Below, in pieces: positions 12,303-25,550 of a DNA stretch of 64,000 bases. Source of the DNA: Alloascoidea hylecoeti (taxonomy: Eukaryota); the NCBI GenBank assembly GCA_001600815.1, contig BCKZ01000013.1, positions 124,001-188,000 of the forward strand, in the 5' to 3' direction. How positions within the stretch are numbered: the first letter of the stretch is position 1; every line of letters begins with the position of its first letter. The notes beneath the pieces are model-generated. The model made no database searches and was not told where the DNA came from. It was given only the letters and a program-made list of their open reading frames with translations. Both the position numbers and the translations under genes were made by a program.

Positions 12303-13489
12303 CACTCGGTTGAAGACTATAAATTGGTGATCTTTTTCTGACACCCAGGGAATTTGGAATATGAGTAAAAATTACTACTCAATTGTTAAAATAAGCAGAA
12401 GGCTTAATATTGAACATTCAATCGTTCGGTACATCGTAAATAAATACAACTACTCTTCTAGAATAACATCTCCAAGAATTAAAAAGTCAACCAAACTAAC
12501 TGTTGTTGCGGAGAATCATATTCCGAAAGTTGTGAAATAATTTCTCTTGAATACTTTTGAGGAGCAGGCTTCAAAGTTATTCATTGGTATATCAAAGGCT
12601 GCCTAAATCCTCTTCTGTAAAAACATGAATATGAAATGGTTTTGGCACGTAAATAGTCTTATCTGAATAAGAAGAACTAAATTAATGATAGAATGGTATT
12701 GTCTACATATAGATTGAAGTGGTCTCATAATATTTGGGATGGTGTTGTATTTAGTGATGAATATTCGGTCGTACACGATCCGGATCTGGAAAAGTATATG
12801 GGCCCACAAAAGCCACGCCAGGCCTTTAAATTAAAAACTACTCATATTAAAGGAAATTCTGAGTGTGTGGGTATTCAGTTATATGCTGAAATTTGGAAAG
12901 GAAACCGTGATTCACTGTATAGAGTGGTTCGGAATCCTAATTGCACAAAAAAAGGAGCCATCACACACATTCCTACGTACAGCTTCTGGAAGAGGCCTTT
13001 TTTGATGAGATTCCCGAGTATCTCATATTAAAGAAGAAGAACATATATATCCATAAAGCTAAGATCATGATGAATTTGTTTTGTGGAAAGGATATAGAGG
13101 TGTTATAGTGGCCGCCTTTTTGAACGGACCTGAACTTAATTGAGGTGGAAATTCCCCATAAAAGTTCATCAGATGAAATTGCGATTATGAGCCTTCCATA
13201 TGTAATAAAAGTGAATAAATACCTAGTGTTAATGGTTAATGTCTCTTTCAAGATACTGGGGCCTCGTAGATCAGGGTATCATTGACTCCATTTCTCGTAG
13301 GTATATGGCGTTAAGTTGACCAACAAGAAGTATTAAACTTACAATCTCAATTTTCATGTACTAATACAATCAAGAATTTACGGAACATTATGTACTATTT
13401 TAAGAACTGTTTAAAGCTTTGTATATTATTCAGTGGGTGGTTATATGGTGGGTATAAAAAGATCACCAACTTAAGTCTTTAACCGACTG
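12303..13489 (+). mobile_element. Tc1/mariner DNA transposon with both ends, transposase pseudogenised
   Basis: Imperfect ~40-bp TIRs (cactcggttgaagact..ttggtgatcttttt / aaaaagatcaccaacttaagtctttaaccgactg), TA on both sides; remnants WDGVVFSDE and EVL*WPPF*TDLNLIE. Confidence 0.85.
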
Positions 13490-13789
13490 TACCACTTTAT
13501 ATAGTACTAAGTATTGACACTGGTAATATAGACGCGTTCCTAATCTTCTCGTTGTCAGCTATATTGATTTATACTGTATGAATCTGTTTGTGTTAACGTT
13601 AAAGTCCTTTTTCATCTCCTACTAAATCTCAGACGATTTCAAACCATTTAAAGAAGGACTTTTCTCCCATCTTCTTATATAAATCAAAAATCTAATTTAC
13701 TTAAAAGCCAGCTGTGACAGATATTAAGAAGTATGATAATAATCAGGATAATAAAGACAAAGAGTAGGAATAAAATATCGACATGAATC

Positions 13790-14801
13790 TGTTTCAAAGA
13801 ATTTGATAGATTTTCTGATAAATAAAATAAAATACAAAAGCAAACACTGATTATTCAAAATCACATATTTGATTGGTAATATTTTAAAACATTTGTTTTT
13901 ATTATCAATTCTTATTGGAAAATCTTCAACTTTAATATCCTTATTTATATCAATGTCTATTTGATATAAAATGGTGTGATTAGAATCAGAAATGCATCCA
14001 AAAGGAGTTTTAGAAAGAGGACACCGGTGAACAGATTGAGTTAAAATTTTGTTAAAATTGTCAAAGGGATTTTCTATGTCCACGATAATATTTGGTTTTT
14101 TTAGTTCTATATTTATATAGATATTGGAATCGGTTTTCACGATATAATTTGAAAATGGATTAATATTTTGAATATTACTTTATTCTGATGTTAATTCTGG
14201 CTGTTTGGGTAAAATTTGTAACTTTAACTTTCTTTCATATAGCAACCTAATTATCTTTTCGGTTGGAGAAATTTGTGGTTCAGGAATTGTCGTTAAGACT
14301 AAAGTGCGTTATTGGTGTTCTAGGATTGTACAATAATAAAATTTAGATCTCGTTCGCTTTTGAAAACTTGTTTTGTAACCATTCCAACTCTTTTTTAAAA
14401 TTAAGATCACAATTGTTCAGATTTTGATTAATTTTTTTGATACCATGTATTATAGAGGACACTCTATTACTTGTCGGTGTTGGCTTTCTACTCTTTTTTA
14501 AAGGCGTGCTTGCGCCTGGGCTTGGGTTTTAGGTCTTGAACAGCAAAAAGTCTGGTAGTGGGAATATTCAGCAAAAATAAAGCCGAGAGTTCAGGATTAA
14601 GTTCCTTGTCAAACCAATGAACAATGGTAGATATCTGTTCATATAGGACGTTTAAAATTCTGGATCATTAAAATTTCCAAAATCAGCTAGAAGATCGTCA
14701 GTATCAAAGAGCAAGTCTTGACTATTATCTTGACTATTAGAGCGATGTTCCAGAACAACTTTCTTATAGTTATTTAATTTATCTGTTATTAAATCAGACA
14801 T
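13790..14801 (-). pseudogene. Nuclease-kinase family copy, 5' half only (kinase missing)
   Basis: Starts MSDLITDKLNNYKKVVLEHRS; contains SNYIVKTD..IELKKP..ILTQSVH..FGCISDSNHTILY; stops and frameshifts. Confidence 0.8.
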
Positions 14802-14829
14802 TGGACACCAGTGTGTGTGATAAGATTTT

Positions 14830-15600
14830 TCATCATCAAATCATCACTAATGCGAAATCGAGCCCTCAACCTTTCAGTTGCGGACCGGACCCTCCATTTG
14901 GTTGTAGGTAGTTTGCCACTGAGGTTTGTGAAACAACCGCTTCTCTCTCTTATTTTGTTGTTCTTGAATTCGGACTCATAGAAAAAGTCCATTTCTTGGG
15001 AGTGATCATTTTTATCTTCTTTTTTCTTATTTTCATTCATTTTATCGTTTGCATTCGCCGTAGTCTCCGTTTCTATTAGTTTCCGGTGCATCATCTGAAT
15101 GAGTTTCTATATCCATCTCGGTGTCAATTGATAGACTTTTTTGTTTCAACCTCCTTGTTGACAATGAGTTTTCTGGTTTCTTCTGTATCCTTTGTTACGT
15201 CTTCCTCAATTTCATTCTCTCCTTATTGTTTGCTAGGGCTGAAGAAACCTCTTTTTGAATATGTACTTTCTTCCATTTTTGTCTTTCACTGTGAGCAATG
15301 ATCCATTTAGGATCGGTAATATCCACATTTTTCGATCTCTCTTGTTCATTCACGAAGAGGCTTTCATGGTGCGCTAACTCCATGTCCAATTTTTTTGATA
15401 CTCGATATCTATCAGTGGAAAATTTTTGCATTGCTTGTGCGAATGCGGAGTCTCGCCACAGGAGAAACAGGAGGGAGCTTTTTTGCATTCCCTTTTCGAA
15501 TGAGATCTGGATGAACAAATCGGGTAGAACCGAATGTTGGTCAAAGGTTTGATGAGGATATGATGAGTAACTCCCTCCTTGATATTCTCTTTTTTTTTTT
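14830..15600 (-). mobile_element. Retroelement fragment, probably LINE ORF1 zinc knuckles
   Basis: Minus-strand frame near 15380-15530 reads YPICSSRSHSKREC-KKAPS-CFSCGETPHSHKQC (two CCHC-type knuckles), followed by a charged low-complexity region. Confidence 0.55.
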
Positions 15601-15824
15601 ATTTAACCATAGATCCTTTTATTAATACTTAATAGATTAATAGGAGTTTGTTTCAGTAAAAGGAAACGTTGTTGTAAAACAAAAATAATAGAGAGAAGCG
15701 GTTCTTTTACACCTCATTACCAACGTTTCCGGCGTAGTGGCAAATATATGTATAAAATTTTGCCCATCGAGTCTAGGTAAAGAACGGATGAAAAATCTTA
15801 CCACACACACACTGGTGGTGTCCA

Positions 15825-16620
15825 ATGTCTGATTTAATAACAGATAAATTAAATAACTATAAGAAAGTTGTTTTGGAACATCGTTCTAAAAGTCAAGACT
15901 TGCTCTTTGAGATTGACGATCTTCTAGCTGGTTTTGGAGATTTTAATGATCCACAATTTTTAGACGTCCTATATGAACAGATATCCACCATTTTTCATTG
16001 GTTTGACAAGGAAGGTGATCCTGAACTCGGCTTTATTTTTGCTGAATATTCCCACTACCGCACTTTTTGCTGTTCAAGACCCAAGCCCAGGCGCAAGCAC
16101 ACCTTCAAAAAAGAGTAGAAAGCCAACACCGACAAGCAATAGAGTGTCCTCTATAATACATGGTATCAAAATTAATCAAAATTAATCAAAATCTGAACAA
16201 CTGTGGTCTTAACTTTAAAGAAGAGTTGGAATGGTTACAAAAAAACAAGTGTTCAAGAGCGAACGATCCATATTTTATTGCACGTACAATCCTTGAACAC
16301 CAATCACGCGCTAGTCTCAACAATTCCTGAACCACAAAATATTTTCTCCAACCAATCAGGTTGCCATGTGAAAGAAAGTTAAGGTTACACGTTTTACCCG
16401 AGGGAATTAACATGCAATATCCTTACAACTATAGAACTAAAAAAACCAAATATTATCGTGGACATAGAAAATCCCTTTGATGACAATCTCAACAAAATTT
16501 TAACTCAATCTGTTCACCGGTGTCCTCTTTCTAAACTCCTTTTGGATGCATTTCTGATTCTAATCACACCATTTTATATCAAATAGACATTGATATAAAT
16601 AAATATATTAGCTGAAGATT
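15825..16620 (+). pseudogene. Nuclease-kinase family copy, 5' half only, inverted relative to the 13.8-14.8 kb copy
   Basis: ORF fragments 15825..16118 and 15973..16185; IELKKP and ILTQSVH retained, PD segment deleted. Confidence 0.8.
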
Positions 16621-17024
16621 GAAATACATGTATCAGAGTCCCCGAGTTTCAACCCGAGTTTTGAAATGCCAAAAAGTTCTGTGCCCTATTCCCACGATAT
16701 TAGGGTTCAGCTGCGTGTAAACAATGACATTATTTAATCTGAAACATCAATTGTCCTTTTCCCGCTTTGAATTGAGGTCTATTTGTAGCATTGTAGCGAG
16801 TGGTGGTTGCTTAAAAAGAAGGTAAGCAGTTTTACGTGCCGTATTTATGAATCTTTGATTTTTCCCTAGTTCAAGGACCCCATTGCGAAGGGGCCTGCAA
16901 AATAGCCCAGTTTATTTCAACATATGGCTGAATATTTAGCCTATATCATAACACGGTTGGTCGAAAGTGGCCGAAATTAAGTAGATTTGAAACGCTTTTA
17001 TTAATCCTAGCTCGAGCTTGTCTT

Positions 17025-17700
17025 TTATCCAGAATCAGTTAATTTAATATGTCCTTGATGATCAATTAAAAAATTATCAGGTTTTAAATCACGGTGAACA
17101 ATTCCTTGTTCATGTAAATCGTTAACAGCCATAACAATTTCAGCAGTATATTGTTTTGCCCATTCTTCTTGAATTGTACCCAATGCTTTTAATAATGATG
17201 CAAAATCTCCACCATTTAAATATTCCAAAACTAAAAATAAATAATCTTTATTTTGAAATGTATATATAATTTTGCAACAAATGAACTTTCTGTTTGTGAC
17301 ATCATAATTGCTCTTTCTGCTTTAACATTTGTCACTTGCTTTTTTGAAATCATATCTTGTATCAAAAACTTTAATTACAAAATATTCATTTCTTTTTGCT
17401 AAATAAACACTAATTGGATTTATAATTTCATAATCTCTAATTGATGGTGCTTAAGATTTTTGTTGAGGAACTGGGAAATTTGTCATCATCAATGGTGATA
17501 TTGGTGCTTTATCAGAACTCTAGGTACCAGCATTTAACAAGAATCTTTTATTTACACGACCAATTGAACTATTAGATCATTAATGTTATTATTTGATGAT
17601 AAAACTACTAATAGCGATAATTCAGCAACGGCTGATCTTCCTCTGCTTCGAGTCCCCATAATACTTGACCTTGGACTATCATTTTTATTTTGCTATTATT
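17025..17700 (-). pseudogene. RIM15: Fragment of a RIM15/Greatwall-type AGC kinase
   Basis: QVTNVKAERAIMMSQ, TFQNKDYLFLVLEYLNGGD, HRDLKPDNFLID..GHIKLTDSG*; DFG changed to DSG, immediate stop, frameshifts, Gly-loop missing. Confidence 0.75.
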
Positions 17701-18801
17701 CTTTTAGAAATCTCTATATTTTCTAAATTTATTGATAAATCATGAGATGTACATATGACATCAATGGAGTATTAATAAGTATGATCTAGAGATATAGCTA
17801 TAGTATCTTAATAATAATATATTGATTTCACCTGCTGTATAGTTACTTTTTAAAAATGATTTAAGAATTTGCGATTCTTAATTGGCTTAAAACTTAATTT
17901 CATAATTTTAAGCTTGCAATTGTATATCATATGCTATTTAATAATAAAAATTTTAATAGATTAGTATAAATTAAAATAAAGAAACAAAAACCTCATTATA
18001 TCTTATGGATATTATAATACGCATAAGTATGAAAGATTACTACGAAATAGTATGAGTGAGTAATTTCCAGTAAGACTGAGTAAGTTTACCTCATCATTAA
18101 ATATTCAAGACATTATTACGAAGAATATTCGCCTATACACATTCAGATGTTTATTCTCTAAAATTTCCAACTGTAAAATCAATGATGAAAATCTGTATTA
18201 GCGTTCAAATTAGCTCCAAATTCGATTATAAAGTTTTGCAGTTTCAATTGGTGGATAGAATTCTCTGTGGCTAAGATAGGATATGTTATTAGGATTACTT
18301 GCCTACTTTCGTAATTATGCATGAAGGGAAGGGGAAGACATGAACAATGAGATCACATCGCACGACCTTCGAATTCAAGCTTAAGACAATGGATTCAAAT
18401 GTCTCACATGGGTAATGCCAAACCTCCAAATGTAAATAATGTATAATAAGTCATATATATCCAGTAATATTTAATCAATTTATAAAGAAAAATATATACA
18501 AATGAATGTGAGTAACTATAAATAATCAATTGCAATATGGGGTAAAAAAAATACCAATAAAAAAAAAACATTAGCAATTTATAATATTAATAGAAAAGTT
18601 TCAAAAAAAGTTATCCCAATTAACACACTTTAATTCTGGAAAAAACATAGTCAACTGTTCTTTTTCAAATATATAAAAAATTTATGTATATATATATAAA
18701 TCAATCAAGAAAAACAAAAAATTGTGACAATGATTCCTTCATGAAATTAGCTATAGTTGAAGTTTGGATAGACTCTGATAATGATAGCAACTAGGAATGA
18801 T

Positions 18802-19740
18802 TTAGACAGCATGAACAAATTCATTCTTATCTTTTACAAGCTCTTTCTTTAAATCAGTTGCACTAATATCTGGAAACTCATTAGAAGGAACTCTTGGAAA
18901 GTTGATTGGCTTTGTTTCAAAACTGCTTGTTGTGTACCTTGCTGTTGACTCGCCATGTGGGATTGATGAAAGAGGAGATACCGGAGAGAATGCACTGGTA
19001 TTAGCAGAAACTGGAACTTCAACATCTGCAATGGGTGTGGTGGCGACAGGTTTGGTGGCAACTGGATCTGCGGAAACTGGTTTAGGAGTAGAAGTATTTG
19101 GCTTACCAGCAAATCTGGAACGGGCAACCTCAAATTTGGAATGATATGGAGCAAGAGTTTCGTTAATTCTGGAACGAAGAGGAGCTGCTCTCTCAAGAGC
19201 TCTTGCTTTGGCTACCTGTAAGTGATCCTTTGCTGTATTAACACCTGAAATGAAATGTTCGTCAATTTCTTGTTGGAAACGAAGATAAGTAACAGGGACA
19301 GAAAAGAGAGTTAATGTGGTGATTAATGCCAAGGTCCAGACAGAAGCAATTCCACTTAATTTATGAAGAAACCAAGTTGAAAGCGCAGCAACAAATGTAC
19401 TATAAGGATTTTTGGCGAAAACCAAATCTTGGATTGAAACAAGTGAATCATTAACATTCTTGAAAATCAAAGAAAAGAATGCTTCAGCTTTGTCTTGTGG
19501 AACGGTAGTGTAAGCGGGGGCCAATTTAGTAACAAATCCATTTTGTGACTTTTGTAATCGTCGACCAGCATACTCTGCGATACCGGATATGAATAAAACA
19601 GGATACGCTAAAATCAATCCCAATCTAAATAAATTAAGATATTTAAACACAAAGAGTGCTGTCAAAATAGAACCGAGAGTTTTAGCAGAGGCAATGGGGT
19701 TTTCCCAAGATAAAACAGGAGGAATTTGAATGGCAGGCAT
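18802..19740 (-). CDS. RTN1: Reticulon-like ER membrane-shaping protein
   Basis: LSWENPIASAK start, two long hydrophobic hairpins, Y..FQQEID motif; first ATG at 19740. Confidence 0.82.
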   Translation of the reverse strand: MPAIQIPPVLSWENPIASAKTLGSILTALFVFKYLNLFRLGLILAYPVLFISGIAEYAGRRLQKSQNGFVTKLAPAYTTVPQDKAEAFFSLIFKNVNDSLVSIQDLVFAKNPYSTFVAALSTWFLHKLSGIASVWTLALITTLTLFSVPVTYLRFQQEIDEHFISGVNTAKDHLQVAKARALERAAPLRSRINETLAPYHSKFEVARSRFAGKPNTSTPKPVSADPVATKPVATTPIADVEVPVSANTSAFSPVSPLSSIPHGESTARYTTSSFETKPINFPRVPSNEFPDISATDLKKELVKDKNEFVHAV

Positions 19741-20021
19741 TATCAATTGAAACGAAAATTGAAAAAAAATGATGTGATGGAAGAGAAAAAAGAAGAAAGA
19801 AGTTTTCCATGAAAGAAAGCCGTTTTATGATGACATACATCCTTACATCATCGCACTCAAATTATTTCTATTATCATATGATAACATTAATATAATATAT
19901 TTTTATTATAACTACGTTTGTAAATATATATAAATTAAAAAAAAAAAACTATTCAAAGAATCAAGATTTCGAATAGAATTGAAAACATTAATATCTTTCA
20001 GAAAATATATAATTAAGAGAA

Positions 20022-20651
20022 TTAACAGGCACATCCGGTATTATCAGAAGGAAGATTAATATTAATTGCATCTTCATAACCATCATTGTATTCTTCAGTT
20101 TCATCTTGAATTAACGCATTTCTAGCAATTACATTAAATGCTTGATCAACATTAATACCATCTTTAGCACTAGTTTCAAAATATGGGAATCCGCCGGATC
20201 TTTCTCCTAATTGAGCACAATAGGCCTCAGCTCTTTTCGTACTAACAACTCGCTTACTTTCTTCAACATCTATTTTATTTCCAATGATCACAAATGGGAA
20301 TGTATCTGGATCCCGAGGATTTGCTTGAATTAAAAATTCATCTCTCCAACTTAACAATGATTCGAAAGATTTGGCATTGTTAACATCATATACTAAAACA
20401 CAACAATCGGCTCCCCGATAAAATGCAACACCCAAAGATTGAAATCGCTCTTGTCCAGCTGTATCCCATAATTGCATAGTGACAGTTTTATCATCAATAT
20501 CGATTTCTTTAGTTAGAAAATCAGCGCCAATAGTAGCCTTGTATTGAAGAGTAAATTTACCATTGACATATTGTTGTATTACAGAGGTCTTTCCAACCCC
20601 AGAATCACCGAGTATAATAACCTTTAAAAGTGTCTTCTTTCGTGATGACAT
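20022..20651 (-). CDS. YPT7: Rab7 family GTPase
   Basis: [50 protein letters not shown]-terminal CxC. Confidence 0.96.
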   Translation of the reverse strand: MSSRKKTLLKVIILGDSGVGKTSVIQQYVNGKFTLQYKATIGADFLTKEIDIDDKTVTMQLWDTAGQERFQSLGVAFYRGADCCVLVYDVNNAKSFESLLSWRDEFLIQANPRDPDTFPFVIIGNKIDVEESKRVVSTKRAEAYCAQLGERSGGFPYFETSAKDGINVDQAFNVIARNALIQDETEEYNDGYEDAININLPSDNTGCAC

Positions 20652-22998
20652 TTTTTTTTCTTTATATCTTTTTTTTCTTTGTTTGTTTCTGTTAACTGTT
20701 TTTGTATTTCTAATTTGGTATGTATTTGTCCCAATATTTATAAATGTCTTTCAACTCTATACTTGACGCGTAATTATTACAGATTATAGAAGTAAAATGA
20801 AAGTTATCAGACTTCTAAAAAGAAGAGGTTTCAAACGGAAAAAGAATGTTTTTTTTGATGAGATTCAAAGGAAACAAAGATTAGGGATAAAGAAATGTGG
20901 GACTTTAAAAACGGGTGGAAGGAGGAAGTTCCAAGGGCTATTATTTTATTTGCATGTTGAGAAAACACTTGAAGAAGGTAGACTTAACCTTTTGTTCTAC
21001 TTGACCTCATGTTTGAGAGAGATAATAGCTTTGATGAGAATTTGTCTTAAATATACAAATAATCATCTTGGATATTTTATTTACTACTGTACTTAAACTT
21101 TCAGTATTTGGAGATAATTTATACATCACGAAACTTATACAGTACCAAAGTAGTAGCATGGTAGATTTTAGGTTGTTTTTACGATTTATATATGAACTAG
21201 TAGGTAGTGAACATATAAAAACCTTATTAGAACCTAATAGAGAGGGTGGCAACAAATTTAAATATAGTCAGTGATAGAACTCTCTCTCCATCGCGACGAG
21301 GTCAGTAAATAAAATTAGTGCCAAAACAGGGTGGCAAACAAACATAGTAAATGATGGAGGACTCCTTAGTGCCACGAGGTCGGTAAGTAAAATTAAATGA
21401 TAATGCTGAATAGCACACACATCCTTATATTGGTAAATCAAGTTGATGAAAATCTCAGAATAGTCATTTTAATAACTATTTATTGATAATTAATCATTAA
21501 TAATAGTTCTGGACGTGATCTTTGAAAGCTTTCTAGAATACTACTGAAATGATGATTATAATTAACAAATAAGTAAATGAAAGACAAATCGTCATTGATA
21601 TTGGAAAAGCATAATTAAATATAGCTATATATATTACCATAGTTAAATCAGGTAATTGGACCTTGCGTAAGGATTAAAATGGGGCAATAAAAACATTTCG
21701 GCATATATAAACGACATGCTTCACCGCAATATTAAAAAATTATTTTGTAAAACGAAAAGATCAGAAAGTCGTATAGAATGGGGGTACATGTAAATGTGGT
21801 TCTAGGAACAACATTTGAATGCTCCGAATTTTTAAAAATAAGTAGACCGACATAGGTCCCATTCTGTTCCAGTTCATTCCTATCGGCCGCTCTTATTGTT
21901 CTGAGAGATTTTAGAGTTGTTTGTGAATAAAGAGACAAGGTGGATTATATCTTATGCTTCAAACCAATAAAACAGTAATTCTAATTAAATCTACACAAAC
22001 CACAAAACTAATTTATCGACCAACCAAAGCAGTTTTGTTAAATTGACCAAATCTGTTTGTGTGACTATAGTACGTATAGCCAAATTTAAATTTCTCTATC
22101 AAATTAATTGACTTGCAATTGTATTTAGTTTTCTAGTTTGACAAATTCGTTTCCTAGATAATTATTATTAGTGTATATGATATATGGCAATTATTTATTA
22201 TGAATTGTTTTTACTCAAACAAACGAAAAGTACTTTTTTAATGACAGTAAAAGGAATTTTTTATCACATGCGATCAATTAATCTTAGGAGTAAAACTCGT
22301 ACGCAAATCCGACTAGCCTAATCGTAGCAGTGAAAATAATAATTTTAGATTTATGATAAAGTGGATATATTCGACCCCAAACAACTAGTGCGGTATGAAG
22401 ATCTGTAAAATTTCGGCCCAATGTAAATTATTTTCAATTATTTTGTCTACCTTCAACGAGTACTTTGAGTTGCATTATGTATTCAATTTCATTCTAAATA
22501 TTTACATAAGTTAATCATATCACTTGAAATTGATGCAATACTAAGTTATTATTACTAACCCCATCTTAGATAGATCTCCTCATAATTAGATCTAGATACT
22601 TAGATTATTATTAGATGAAACGACAATCATATCACCTTGGATCTTATAACTTTAACAGTTATAGACCATGTTCTCCAAAACTATAAAATGTAACATTTAT
22701 CGATGAAACTGCAAGTAAAATGTTACAAGTAGATGGTATAAAGTTAGTATGTATATTGTAATTGGATGAATATTGCTGTACAAAATTGCGAAATAATTCC
22801 TTATTGGCCCACTAATTAGTTAAACTGCAAGGACTAAATAATTCTTAATTTCCATTGGACCCAAAACGGAAAGTGGATGCGTTGAATACTACACCTATTT
22901 CCAGGTAGATAACCGTTATTTTGAAATCTATATAAGATGAAAAATCCCCACGTTTTATATTCTATTAAATTAAATCTATAATCATAATTGCATAGAAA

Positions 22999-24999
22999 AT
23001 GTCTCAAGTTCCAACTACAACCCCGTTTGATGCCATTCGGCCTCAAGAAATATCTCTTACTTCAACTCTTTTGAAAAATGCACTTCCTGATTCAAAACTA
23101 CTGTTCACTGCGATTGATAGACAAGAACCTCCCAAAGATAAAGCTCTACAATGGATCCAGGCAGATCGACATGGTGGATCTTACCCGAACTTACCACGAA
23201 TCACTTTTTCTTATTTCGTTAAAGCTGGTTCTCCAACTCTTTACAAAGCACTGGTTAATGTTTCACAGCGTCATGTTATCACCATTCAACCCCAACCAGA
23301 AGGGGTAGTGGGTCCAATGCAAGGTGAAGATTATATGGAGCTTGAGAAGGTTTGTATGGATCATCCTGCAGTAAAAGCTGAGATTGAGAAATTGAAATTA
23401 CCGAAGGGGGTTACCCCTTGCACTGATCCATGGATATATGGAACTGATACGTTAAATGAGAAGAGAACTCTTATTCAATTTTATATGTATTTAAAAGCAA
23501 ATGATCATCCAGAAACAAATCATTATTCCTTACCTTTAAAATTTTCTCCTGTTTTTGATGGTACAACTAGAGAATTTTTAAGAATTGATTATTTACCTGG
23601 TGGTGCTGATGAAAAAACTATTCCAACTCAACCATGGAAACCTGTTGAGTGTGTTGAATATCATGCAGATTTTTGCGATGAACCTCCAAGACAAGTTAAA
23701 CCATATGTTGTTCAACAAGCTGAAGGCCCATCATTCAACACCTCTGGAAATACTTTAGAATGGTTAGGCTGGAAAATGAGAATTGTTACAAATTATCGTG
23801 AAGGTGTTGCTCTTTATGATGTTTCTTTTAAAAATCGTGATGTTTTTTATAGAATCTCATTATCTGAAATGACTGTACCTTATGGTGATCCACGTGCCCC
23901 ATTCCATAGAAAACAAGCATTTGATCTTGGTGATTGTGGATTTGGTCATAATGCAAATCAATTAAAATTAGGTTGTGATTGTCTTGGTTTTATTAAATAT
24001 TATGATTTTTACAGAACTGATAGAAAAGGAAATCCAATATTAATGACAAATACTGTTTGTGTACATGAACAAGATTATGGTCTATTAATGAAACATGTAA
24101 ATTATAGAAATGAAAAGGCTTTTGTTACAAGAAATAGAGAACTTGTTATTCAAACAATTGCAACTGTTGCAAATTATGAATATATAATTGAATATATTTT
24201 TGATCAAGCTGGTGGTATTGATATTCAAGTAAGAGCAACAGGTATTTTATCAACAATGCCAATTGATGAAGATGTTGTTGTACCATGGGGTACAAACGTT
24301 GGTCCAGGTGTTATGGCTGCTTATCATCAACATTTGTTATCTTTTAGATTAGATCCTGCGATTGATGGTCATCAAAATACTTTTTGTTATGATGATAGTG
24401 TTCCTTTACCTTATCATCCAATTAAAAACCCTTATAAAGTTGGTTTTGTTACTGAAAGATCAATTGTTGATAAAGCAGGTGGAGTTGATCAATCACCTTT
24501 TACAAATCGTGAATATAAAATAATTAATGAAAATAAAATTAATAGAATAACTAAAAAACCAGTTGGTTATAAAATTAGTTTACCAGCTGCACAAATGATT
24601 ATAATGGATAAAGATAGTATGAATACTAAAAGAGCACATTTTGCAACAAAACAATTATGGGTTACAAAATATTCAGATGATGCATTATATGCAGCAGGAG
24701 AATTTACAAATCAATCAAAAAAAGATACAGGTTTAGAAGAATGGGCAAATGGTATCGATAATGTTCGTAATGAGGATATTGTTTTATGGGCAACTGTTGG
24801 CTTTACTCATATTCCAAGACCTGAAGATTTTCCTGTTATGCCTGTTGAAATTCATACCGTTCATATTAGACCAAATGGATTTTTTGAAAGAAATCCAGCA
24901 TTAGATGTTCCACAATCAAATCAAAATTTTAATAAATCAATCTTAGTTAATGAAAGTGTTGGGGATGTAAGTAATTGTTGTTCAAAACAAAATTTATAA
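22999..24999 (+). CDS. Copper-containing primary amine oxidase
   Basis: 666 aa; TPQ consensus TVANYEY, copper ligands HQH and THIPRPEDFP, AFDLGD motif. Confidence 0.95.
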   Translation: MSQVPTTTPFDAIRPQEISLTSTLLKNALPDSKLLFTAIDRQEPPKDKALQWIQADRHGGSYPNLPRITFSYFVKAGSPTLYKALVNVSQRHVITIQPQPEGVVGPMQGEDYMELEKVCMDHPAVKAEIEKLKLPKGVTPCTDPWIYGTDTLNEKRTLIQFYMYLKANDHPETNHYSLPLKFSPVFDGTTREFLRIDYLPGGADEKTIPTQPWKPVECVEYHADFCDEPPRQVKPYVVQQAEGPSFNTSGNTLEWLGWKMRIVTNYREGVALYDVSFKNRDVFYRISLSEMTVPYGDPRAPFHRKQAFDLGDCGFGHNANQLKLGCDCLGFIKYYDFYRTDRKGNPILMTNTVCVHEQDYGLLMKHVNYRNEKAFVTRNRELVIQTIATVANYEYIIEYIFDQAGGIDIQVRATGILSTMPIDEDVVVPWGTNVGPGVMAAYHQHLLSFRLDPAIDGHQNTFCYDDSVPLPYHPIKNPYKVGFVTERSIVDKAGGVDQSPFTNREYKIINENKINRITKKPVGYKISLPAAQMIIMDKDSMNTKRAHFATKQLWVTKYSDDALYAAGEFTNQSKKDTGLEEWANGIDNVRNEDIVLWATVGFTHIPRPEDFPVMPVEIHTVHIRPNGFFERNPALDVPQSNQNFNKSILVNESVGDVSNCCSKQNL

Positions 25000-25259
25000 T
25001 TTAAATATATTTGAAATTGTATATAATATGCATATAATTATAGGTTGTTTCCCTAAATGAAATCATTTGAAGTAATTTTTCTCTCAAAATAAACTAGAAC
25101 TATCCGTATTATAGAGTCATTCCACTTACTTTCGGCCACACTCATCACTAATTATCGGTAACTAATTTTCAGCCGCATTATTGCCGGTTTATATCCACTG
25201 TATGTGGATTCTGGATTTTTTATGGAGGTAAGCGATTATTGGTAATCTATTAAGTATAA

Positions 25260-25550
25260 CAGATCTATAACTTTGATAACATCAAGAATTAGAAAGATCA
25301 ATTCACCTATCCGTAGGTACTTGAAACACTTCTATACTATACTATACTATAACTGTTAGACCACTAAATTATAAGTAGGGAATTGCTAGGACCCCGAAGT
25401 TACAAGACAACAAGAAAATGAAATCGTCTTATTTTAAATTTCTTTGTGAGATAACTGGAATGAAAAGCACCTGAAGATATGAAATAACGGGATATCGAAT
25501 GCTTAAAGATTCATCAAAGAGGTGTTTGTTACAAGACCAAATTGATAATT
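25260..25550. repeat. Non-coding repeat, diverged inverted copy of about 33540-33780
   Basis: Shared blocks acatcaagaattag.aagatc, tatccgtag, ttataagtagg, caagaaaatgaa.tcgtctta, gaaataacgggat. Confidence 0.8.

Noticed and set aside
12303..13489. Fanzor/TnpB cargo in the Tc1 element
   Set aside because: Element is only 1.2 kb and filled by transposase remnants; no RuvC or zinc-finger motifs seen
17025..17228. Functional small kinase
   Set aside because: DFG mutated, stop immediately after, upstream frameshifts
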